A stretch of DNA of 64,000 nt from an uncultured Rickettsiales bacterium (GTDB lineage Bacteria; Myxococcota_A; UBA796; UBA9615): contig CAZEKB010000023.1 of assembly GCA_964512225.1 (NCBI GenBank), forward strand, positions 6,771 through 70,770, in the 5' to 3' direction. The translations under genes were made by a program, and so were the position numbers. Position 1 is the first letter of the stretch, and each line of letters begins with the position of its first letter. Shown one piece after another: positions 18,001 through 24,740 of the stretch. The notes beneath the pieces were generated by a model that did not search any database, was not told where the DNA came from, and saw nothing but the letters and a program-made list of their open reading frames with translations.

Positions 18001-19268
18001 CTGCGGGCCCAGACGCTCGCGCCCACGAGGCGGAGGGCGCCGTCCCGCACCTCCACGCCGCCGCCGCCGCCGTCGCCCTGGGTGACCAGCTGGTCCTGGC
18101 CGCCGACGCGCGCCCGGCCGAGCGTCCCCGGCGCCGCGAGCTCGAGGCGGCCGCCCTGGAACAGGCTGCCGGTGACCTGATCGCGCACCGCGAACTCCTC
18201 GCCGTCGAGGGACAGCCAGATCTCACGCTTCACCTCGAGGCGATCCGGGGGCGGATCGGCCTCGCCCCGGCGCAGCTCCACGAAGTCCAGGGAGCCCCCC
18301 ACGCCCACGCGCCACGCGGGCAGCCCGCGCCAGGCGTCGGGCAGCGACGTGCGCGACGGGTCCACGCCGGGGGCGCCGTCCACCCGCACCGAGCGCACGG
18401 CGGGGGCGGCCTGGAACACCCACACCTCCTCCGCGGGCCAGGGATCCCCCACCTTGGGGGCGGTGAGCCCGGGCACGGGCCCGTCGGACCGGGACGCGAT
18501 CGTGATCTCCCAGTCGCCCGGGCGCAGCTGCACCTGCAGCGATCCCTCGCCGTCGAGGCGCGCGGGGAGGCTGCTCGACAGCGACGTGGGGGTGGTGCCG
18601 GCGAGGGTCGGGGAGCCGAGGTCGACCTCCCGGGATCGGCCGGAGACCCGCAGGCGCAGCTTGGTGGCGACCGTCACCGGGACGCCGTCCTCGATGCGTC
18701 GATGCACCTCGATCGCGAGGCGATCCTCCTCGGCCTCTTCGGAGCTGCCGCCCCGGAGCCAGAGCAGCCCGTCCGCGTCGCGGCGCGGGGTCTGCACCGT
18801 CGCGCCGTGGACGGTGAGATCGACGAGCGCGATCGTGGGCGGGACCGCCAGCGACTCGGGGAGGCGCGCCCAGCGGAAGCTGCCGGACACCCGCCGCGTC
18901 CCCGGCTCCAGCCGCACCGCCGGGCTCGACGACGACGCCAGCACCGCGGGCGCGCCCCCTTCGCGGAGGTCGCGGGGCCACCGGATCGCGTCGCCCGGGA
19001 GCGCGACCACCGCGGGGGCGTCCACCACGGCGTCGAGCGTGAAGCGGCCGCCCCGATCGTCCAGATCCAGCGTCAGGCGCCCGGGCCACACGCACAGGGG
19101 GCTCTCGGCGAGGCGCGCGCAGGCCACCTTCTCCTGGCCCCGCAGAGCCCACGGGATCCACTCCTGCAGGGGCGCCGGCACGGCCTCTCGGTCGGCGGCG
19201 GCGGCGATCGCGGGCGAGAGAAAGAGGACGGCCGCGAGGGCGGCGAAGGCGCGTGCGATCAGGGTCAT
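14970..19268 (-). CDS. 1432-aa secreted/membrane protein: signal peptide, large extracytoplasmic domain, 4 TM, acidic (DGDDDP)n linker, second signal-peptide-like segment, second extracytoplasmic domain, C-terminal 5-6 TM bundle
   Basis: A single uninterrupted frame with sensible composition. N-terminus MTLIARAFAALAAVLFLSPAIAAAA. Internal MGPLVLLLALALPALPGVAAAQA at codon 783 (ATG at 16922). The opposite-strand and alternate-frame ORFs are Arg-rich artefacts. Confidence 0.6.
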   Translation of the reverse strand: MTLIARAFAALAAVLFLSPAIAAAADREAVPAPLQEWIPWALRGQEKVACARLAESPLCVWPGRLTLDLDDRGGRFTLDAVVDAPAVVALPGDAIRWPRDLREGGAPAVLASSSSPAVRLEPGTRRVSGSFRWARLPESLAVPPTIALVDLTVHGATVQTPRRDADGLLWLRGGSSEEAEEDRLAIEVHRRIEDGVPVTVATKLRLRVSGRSREVDLGSPTLAGTTPTSLSSSLPARLDGEGSLQVQLRPGDWEITIASRSDGPVPGLTAPKVGDPWPAEEVWVFQAAPAVRSVRVDGAPGVDPSRTSLPDAWRGLPAWRVGVGGSLDFVELRRGEADPPPDRLEVKREIWLSLDGEEFAVRDQVTGSLFQGGRLELAAPGTLGRARVGGQDQLVTQGDGGGGGVEVRDGALRLVGASVWARSATLPAVGWNRDARSLRASLHLPPGWRLLAASGVDEASRSWLERWTLMDLFLVLLIALAVGRLTSRGWGAIALVVLALSWQEPDAPKFAWITLLALLGLLRVLPAGPFGRLVHWVRWAVVFSLAVNVVVFSWEASRAAFFPQLDRDGAGAMNSYDYTLGDAGGDVMSQVAEEDLQHEQKVIQANVDAYKKQRPKSPPPGKAGASYGYSESSIGWGKRAARLDPQAVVQTGPGLPRWVWERHELRWNGPVSADHTIRLTLLGPGTNGALGLARVAGAILLLLLLGDPRRTGTVPPDPEPDDEPDDEPEPEPGPEPEPDPDGDDDPDGDDDPDGDDDPDGGDDPETDTDEDELTISHGTLPRMGPLVLLLALALPALPGVAAAQAPSPELLAELRDHLVKRPACEPNCVQSAELELRADAAGLTLVADVHAAALAPWRLPGPDSAWAPARVRLDGRDVVALHRDASGFLVMRVPAGVHRIELSGPARDEVALQFPAPPRVLTWKGDGWTLAGHRPDAAPPGAVQLSRSRPLDDALEGTSAEENAELPPWLQIHRELDLGVPWLVHNQVLRLGGGNRAVLLRVPLLPGESVTTPGIVQEGDVAVVALEPGETARAWDSTLAETERLELTAPTDRPWTEVWSLDCSPIWSCAAEGLAPTRHLAEGRWLPRWQPWPGETLTLGLARPTPAEGATTTVDTVLMNLTSGRRLQEANITVSLRSSQGGEQSLTLPPGAMLRTFRLNGRDHPAQPEGDRLVFAIEPGATELYVEWGLPVASGFVQSAPPVDIGQDAANVQIQWTLPDHRWVLWTWGPAWGPVVTVWQYILLLFLIAFLLARYAPTPLSGVDWFLLGLGLTQVPPAASSVLVLWLIALSLRGRRKPDEWALHDLGQLVILGLTIGALGVLYAGVYAGLVLQPDLGVAGGGSWGNVLQWFTDTSGGELPRPGVLWLPIWVWRVAMLLWALWLASRLLRWLRWGWEQFRSGGIWSWPESPKPPSPPGAAAPQGTQEASTGQS
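16990..17060 (-). repeat. Tandem 21-nt coding repeats (gtcgtcgtcgccgtcggg ×~3) encoding the (DGDDDP)n acidic linker
   Basis: Direct nucleotide repeats are visible on the plus strand at 16984-17055. Confidence 0.6.
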
Positions 19269-19455
19269 GGAGGCTCCCGAAGAACGGGAGGTTCGACAGC
19301 CTGCCCTCGATCGGGTTCCCGGCTGCCCGCTCCTCCCGACCCCAGCCTACAGATCCACGGGCCGAAACTCGCCCGGTCTCGCGGTCCGCCGAGTGCTTCG
19401 GTTGTCTCGTATGCAATCGGCTGGAAATCGGCACGCGGATCGGCAATCAGGCTCA

Positions 19456-19485
19456 TTGACACCCATTTCCGCGCGTCCTTATATT
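19456..19485 (+). promoter_or_regulatory. σ70-like promoter (TTGACA – 17 nt – TTATAT) upstream of the lipoprotein operon
   Basis: ttgacacccatttccgcgcgtccttatatt lies in the 325-bp divergent intergenic region, about 105 nt upstream of the ATG at 19594. Confidence 0.4.
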
Positions 19486-19593
19486 GACGCTCCCGAGGTC
19501 CCGGCCGCGGTGGGTCCCCGTTTGCCCTCCGCGCGCGACAGGCTGAGACCGATCCCCATGAAGGGGAGTCTTACGGGGGAGGAGTTCCGCCCG

Positions 19594-21474
19594 ATGACGT
19601 TCAGGACCCGATTCCCCATCGCCCTCGCCGCCGCCTTCGCGGTCGCGGGCTGCACGATCGAAGCCGATCCCAACACCGTCGAGGTCGTGGAGGCCGAGCC
19701 CCTCGTGCGCGTCAGCCCCTCGGCGGGCGGCCAAGGGATGGCCTACGAGGTCAAGCTCCGCGGGCTCAACACCCAGTGGCAGCCGGGGGACGTCACCCTC
19801 GACCTCGGCCCCGACATCCAGATCGCGTCGGTCGAGGTGACCGGCCCCAACCACGCCACGGCCGCGATCCAGGTCGGCGAGAGCGCCCAGCTGGGGTTCC
19901 GGCCCATCACCGTCGGGTTCCTGCGCGACGGCGAGGCCACGAGCTTCACGCTCGAAGGCGACGAAGGCTTCCTGGTGGAGACGGGCGGCTTCACCGTGTC
20001 GCCGTCGACCGCGCGCCTCGGCGAGACGCTCACGATCGACATCGTGGGCACGAACACCAACTTCCAGGACGGGTCCACCTGGGTCGACTTCGGCGAGGGC
20101 GTCTTCGTCAACTACGTCACGGTGCTGGACGAGACCCACGCCGTCGCCTCGGTCTCCGTGGATCAGCGCGCGTTCCCCGGAAACCACGACATCGTCGTCT
20201 TCAACGGCCCCACCGGCTGGTCGCTGCAGGACGGGCTGTTCGTCGACCGCACCGCCATCGCCATCGAGATCGACCCCGCCTTCGGCAACCAGGGCGAGCA
20301 GCTCTCGTTCACGCTGCAGGGTCGCAACACGCACTTCCAGGACACGACGCTCGTCAACGAGGCCGGGCTGACCGTCCGTCGCACCACGCTCGTGGACCTC
20401 GGCCCCAGCATCTGCGTCAACGAGTTCTGGCCCAACTGCCAGGACCGGGTGCGCCCCGGCGGCGAAGTGCAGGTCGTCAACGGCGAGCTCGCGCTCGGCC
20501 AGATGCACATCAGCAACGGCGCCCAGCCGCAGACGTACGACGTGCGCATGTACGTGCTCGAGGAGCTCCTCGGCGCGCCCCCCGAGGAGTACACGATCGT
20601 CGAAGAGGTCATCTGCCACGACTGCTTCGAGGTGCGACCCGTCCCGATCAACTGCAAGGACAACCCGGGCGTCAGCCTGTCCTTCAGCATCTCCCGGAAC
20701 ATCAACAACGACACCTGCGCCATCGAAGAGCGCGTGTCCGCCGGGGTGGTCTTCTACACGCCGCTCGATCCGCCCTGCGGCAACCCCGGCCAGATGCCGC
20801 CCCCGCCCTGGGACGTCAACGGGATCCTCACGCCCCCGCCCCCGGCCGACTGCCCCGGGCCGCGCACGTGCGACGCGGGCGACTTCGTCTACTTCGAGTC
20901 GGATCTCAACGTCATCACGATGGCGAAGAACGAGAACCCGTTCACGGGCGAGATCGGCTACTCGCCCATCGCCCCGCTGACGCTCGACGACTACAAGTTC
21001 GGCTACGTGGACTACGACCTGCGGGCCGAGGGCAGCGACGACCCGACCCAGATCCCGGCGTTCACGATGGAGGACGTGCTCTTCACGCTCCCCGCCGACT
21101 TCCAGCTCCTCGAGCCCATGGTCTGCGAGAACTTCACGCACGACCCGGCCCTCGAGCTGCCCATCGCCTGGACCCCCGCGCAGACGTACGACGTCGCCGG
21201 GCTGTCCTCGGTGTACGCCACGTCCGACGCGGAGGGGCAGGCCTACCAGCTGCTCGCCTTCCCCTGGGACGACGGCGAGTACGAGTTCCCGTCCGACTGG
21301 CTCGGCGCTCTCCCCGAGGGCGGCGGCTACTTCATCTTCGGCGCCGGCGTGAACGAGCCGAAGTGGTTCCTGGACTTCGGCGAGGGCCCCGTGGGGCTCG
21401 AGAACCAGGCTCGCTCGGGCCTCTCCTACCGCGGCTTCATGCTGCTGCAGGGCGCCGAAGAGGACGAGGAATAG
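19594..21474 (+). CDS. Lipoprotein (626 aa), function unknown
   Basis: GGGGAGGAG SD 8-9 nt upstream of the ATG. N-terminus MTFRTRFPIALAAAFAVAGC (lipobox). An in-frame ATG 36 nt upstream, at 19558, is less likely to be the start. Confidence 0.7.
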   Translation: MTFRTRFPIALAAAFAVAGCTIEADPNTVEVVEAEPLVRVSPSAGGQGMAYEVKLRGLNTQWQPGDVTLDLGPDIQIASVEVTGPNHATAAIQVGESAQLGFRPITVGFLRDGEATSFTLEGDEGFLVETGGFTVSPSTARLGETLTIDIVGTNTNFQDGSTWVDFGEGVFVNYVTVLDETHAVASVSVDQRAFPGNHDIVVFNGPTGWSLQDGLFVDRTAIAIEIDPAFGNQGEQLSFTLQGRNTHFQDTTLVNEAGLTVRRTTLVDLGPSICVNEFWPNCQDRVRPGGEVQVVNGELALGQMHISNGAQPQTYDVRMYVLEELLGAPPEEYTIVEEVICHDCFEVRPVPINCKDNPGVSLSFSISRNINNDTCAIEERVSAGVVFYTPLDPPCGNPGQMPPPPWDVNGILTPPPPADCPGPRTCDAGDFVYFESDLNVITMAKNENPFTGEIGYSPIAPLTLDDYKFGYVDYDLRAEGSDDPTQIPAFTMEDVLFTLPADFQLLEPMVCENFTHDPALELPIAWTPAQTYDVAGLSSVYATSDAEGQAYQLLAFPWDDGEYEFPSDWLGALPEGGGYFIFGAGVNEPKWFLDFGEGPVGLENQARSGLSYRGFMLLQGAEEDEE

Positions 21475-21487
21475 GAAGAAGGCCCGC

Positions 21488-22366
21488 ATGACGCGACTCT
21501 CGACGAACCTCTCGATCCTCCTGATCTCCGGCGCGCTCCTGGGCGCGACCGGCTGCCAGGACAACGGGATCCGCGCGCTGAACTTCGGCAAGACGGCGAT
21601 CATCACCGGCGACTTCGACACCGTGGAGCAGCTCATCCAGGAGGTCGCGAACGTCAGCGAGGTCCAGGCGGACATCCACCGCTACCACGGGTACGTCGAC
21701 GGTCCCCACTTCGAGACCGAGGTGGACCCGGCCCCCAGCCTCCAGGTGGAAGACCTCCTGCGCGGCAACATCAATACGCTGTCGTCCTTCTCGACCGTCT
21801 TCTTCTCCTGCGGCATGCGGGGCGTGGGCGAGTTCCGATACAACGGCGTGGCCGAGGACGATCACCTCGTCATCGACGGCACGGTGATCGACAACCTGCA
21901 GAACACGGCCCGGCGCGGCGCGAACCTGTACTTCTCCGACTGGACGTACGACTTCGTGAAGGCGTCGTGGCCCGACCAGATCGACTGGCTCGGGGACGAC
22001 GACCTCGACTCCGCCCAGAAGGGCATGGCCGGTCCGGTGGCGGCGCGCGTGGTCGACGAGGCGCTCGCCGAGCAGATGGAGGTGCCCGTGGGCACCGAGA
22101 TCGAGATCGAGTTCAACCAGAGCGGGTGGGCCGTGATCGAGAGCGTGTCCGACGACGTCGAGGTCCTCGTCGAGGGCGACATCCTCGTGGACGACGTCGA
22201 GTCCGGGCAGCCGCGCGCGATCGCGGGGGCCCCGCTCGTGGTGGCCTTCGACTCGCCCACCGGCAGCGGACGCATCGTCTACACCGCGTTCCACAACGAG
22301 GCGCAGCTGACGGACGACGCCCGAGACGTCCTCCGCTTCCAGCTCGGCCAGCTCGCAGGAAACTGA
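21488..22366 (+). CDS. Lipoprotein (292 aa), function unknown
   Basis: N-terminus MTRLSTNLSILLISGALLGATGC. It starts 13 nt after the preceding stop. Confidence 0.7.
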   Translation: MTRLSTNLSILLISGALLGATGCQDNGIRALNFGKTAIITGDFDTVEQLIQEVANVSEVQADIHRYHGYVDGPHFETEVDPAPSLQVEDLLRGNINTLSSFSTVFFSCGMRGVGEFRYNGVAEDDHLVIDGTVIDNLQNTARRGANLYFSDWTYDFVKASWPDQIDWLGDDDLDSAQKGMAGPVAARVVDEALAEQMEVPVGTEIEIEFNQSGWAVIESVSDDVEVLVEGDILVDDVESGQPRAIAGAPLVVAFDSPTGSGRIVYTAFHNEAQLTDDARDVLRFQLGQLAGN

Positions 22367-22370
22367 AGGC

Positions 22371-24164
22371 ATGACCCCACGCATCTTCCGCCGCGGCCTC
22401 GCCGCGGGCGTCCTGCTCGTGTTCGCCTTCGCCGCGGGCGCTTGCGAGAACGACATCCGGCTCTTCGAGAAGACCCAGAACGACGTGTTCGTTCAGGAGC
22501 TCCGCCGCAAGGTCGACGTCCTCCTCGTCGTCGACAACTCGTGCTCGATGATCGACGAGCAGCAGAAGCTCGCCGCGAACTTCGACAACTTCATCGCCCA
22601 GTTCCTCAACGCCGAGGTGAACTACCAGATCGGCGTCACGACCACGGACATGTCCGACCCGACCCAGAGCGGGCGGCTCGTGGGCGATACCAAGATCATC
22701 ACCGCGGACATCCCCATCGACGAGGCCCGCGGCCTGTTCCAGGACAACGTCAAGGTCTGCTCCCAGGGCAGCGGCTTCGAGCGCGGGCTGGCGGCGGCAG
22801 AGGCCGCGCTCACGACCCACATGGACGACGGCGGCGCGAACGTCGGGTTCCTGCGCGAGGACGCGGCCCTGTCGGTCGTGATCGTGTCCGACGAGGACGA
22901 CCTCAGCCCCAAGCCGGTCGGCGAGTACCTGACCACGATCAAGGGCGTGAAGGGCGCGGCCGGCTACCGGGACGACACGCTCGTGAACATCTCGTCCGTC
23001 GTCGGCGATCCCCCGAGCGGCTGCGAGCAGCCCGCCCCGGTGATCCCCGACTGCACGGACGGCGTCGACAACGAAGAGGATGAGCCCGACGGCGACGTGG
23101 ACTGCGCGGACGACGACTGCGCGACCTCCCGCTGGTGCCTGTTCGACAACTTCGGCGAGCTCGACTGCACGGACGGCGTCGACGACGACAACGACGGCGC
23201 GGTGGACTGCGCGGACGCGGACTGCGGCGGCTTCAACCACTGCCGCGAGAGCGAGTGCGCCGACGGCGAGGACGACGACGGCGACGGCCAGGCCGACTGC
23301 CGCGACATGGACTGCCTGGTGGATCAGCCCGAGGTGTGCGGGGAGCTCGACTGCGAGGACGGCGAGCTGCTGCACAACAGCCCCGACCCCCAGGACCGCG
23401 TGCCCAACTTCTGGCTCGACTGCGGCGACCCGTCGTGTTTCGCCCAGGAGGAGACCGCCGAGCTGTGCCAGGGCGGGCGGTTCGACATCGGCGTGGACGA
23501 CCCGACCTGGGGCGGGGGCTACAAGGACCGCTGCGAGCTCACGGTCGAGTACGACGCCGCCAACGGCAGCCTCGACCAGGCCGACGGCCTCGACATCGAC
23601 GACGCGTCCGGCCTCGACGGCGAGCTGGCGGGCTGCGCGGACCCCGACTGCGCGACCTACTGGCTGTGCGCCGTCCCGAACCTCGACGTGGAGGGCACGG
23701 CCGAGTGCGGCGACTGCCTCGACAACGACGGGGACGGCGCGGAGGACTGCGAGGACCTCGACTGCCTCGAGTCGGACTTCTGCGACAACCCCTACCCGAT
23801 CGACCCGGGCAGCCGGTACATCGACGTGTCGCACCGCAGCGGCGGGATCGTGACGTCGATCTGCGCCGAAGAGTTCTCCGGCCTCGTGCGCGAGCTCGGC
23901 CTGAACATCTCGGGCCTGCGCTCGATCTTCTACCTGTCGTCCTGGCCCCAGCGCGGGAAGATCCAGATGCGCTACAACGACGCCCGGTCGGACGAGCTGA
24001 TCACCGAGGGGTGGGCCCACGACGTCGACCAGAACCGCATCGTCTTCGACGAGGAGGCGATCCCCCCCGAGGGCACGATCATCTACGTCACCTACCCGCG
24101 CGCCACCCGACCGCCGTCCGAACAGGCCGAGCCGGAGCCCGAGTCCGAGGACGACGCCCGATGA
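22371..24164 (+). CDS. Lipoprotein with N-terminal von Willebrand factor A domain (MIDAS DNSCS) and C-terminal Myxococcus-type cysteine-rich repeats (CxDGxDxDxDGxxDCxDxDC)
   Basis: MTPRIFRRGLAAGVLLVFAFAAGAC, then VDVLLVVDNSCSM, then multiple CTDGVDNEEDEPDGDVDCADDDC-type repeats. Confidence 0.8.
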   Translation: MTPRIFRRGLAAGVLLVFAFAAGACENDIRLFEKTQNDVFVQELRRKVDVLLVVDNSCSMIDEQQKLAANFDNFIAQFLNAEVNYQIGVTTTDMSDPTQSGRLVGDTKIITADIPIDEARGLFQDNVKVCSQGSGFERGLAAAEAALTTHMDDGGANVGFLREDAALSVVIVSDEDDLSPKPVGEYLTTIKGVKGAAGYRDDTLVNISSVVGDPPSGCEQPAPVIPDCTDGVDNEEDEPDGDVDCADDDCATSRWCLFDNFGELDCTDGVDDDNDGAVDCADADCGGFNHCRESECADGEDDDGDGQADCRDMDCLVDQPEVCGELDCEDGELLHNSPDPQDRVPNFWLDCGDPSCFAQEETAELCQGGRFDIGVDDPTWGGGYKDRCELTVEYDAANGSLDQADGLDIDDASGLDGELAGCADPDCATYWLCAVPNLDVEGTAECGDCLDNDGDGAEDCEDLDCLESDFCDNPYPIDPGSRYIDVSHRSGGIVTSICAEEFSGLVRELGLNISGLRSIFYLSSWPQRGKIQMRYNDARSDELITEGWAHDVDQNRIVFDEEAIPPEGTIIYVTYPRATRPPSEQAEPEPESEDDAR

Positions 24165-24736
24165 ATCGGCTCGCGGCCCTCTTCGCCGCGCTGTGCGCCT
24201 GCGCCCTGATCCTCGGCGCGGGGGCGTGCGATCAGGCCGAGTGCGAGACGTCCGCCAACTGCCCCCAGGGCGAGGTGTGCAACGCCGACGGGCGGTGCGA
24301 GATCCAGACCTGCGGCAGCTCCCTGGACTGCAACATCGAGGAGTTCTGCGACTTCGAGAGCGGCAACTGCACCAGCGGCTGCCTGAACGACCGCGACTGC
24401 CTCCCCACGCACGCCTGCGAGACCGAGTCGCGCACCTGCGTGCGCCCGGGCTGTCGAAACACCCAGCTCGACTGCAACATGGGCGAGTTCTGCAACAACC
24501 TCACGGGCGAGTGCTACGACGCCGGGGGGTTCTACTGCTCCACGTGCGAGAGCAGCGAAGACTGCGGCTCCGCCAACAACGTGTGCCTGCGCATGGGCGG
24601 CTCGAACCAGACCTACTGCGGCGTCGACTGCTCCGGCGGTCAGGAGTGCCCGCGCGGGTACGAGTGCGCGCGCGTGCGCAGCCTGGGGGACGTGACGGTC
24701 GGCTTCCAGTGCATCGCCGCCTGCTGGGAGCTCTGA
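24161..24736 (+). CDS. Small cysteine-rich lipoprotein (191 aa; five C-x3-DC-x5-C-x5-C modules)
   Basis: ATGA overlap with the VWA gene. N-terminus MNRLAALFAALCACALILGAGAC. Contains 30 Cys. Confidence 0.7.
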   Translation: MNRLAALFAALCACALILGAGACDQAECETSANCPQGEVCNADGRCEIQTCGSSLDCNIEEFCDFESGNCTSGCLNDRDCLPTHACETESRTCVRPGCRNTQLDCNMGEFCNNLTGECYDAGGFYCSTCESSEDCGSANNVCLRMGGSNQTYCGVDCSGGQECPRGYECARVRSLGDVTVGFQCIAACWEL

Positions 24737-24740
24737 GACC

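Noticed and set aside
14970-19268. Splitting the 1432-aa ORF into two genes at the internal ATG (16922)
   Set aside because: There is no stop codon between the halves, so upstream ribosomes would read through. Reported as one CDS with an internal-start or fusion caveat.
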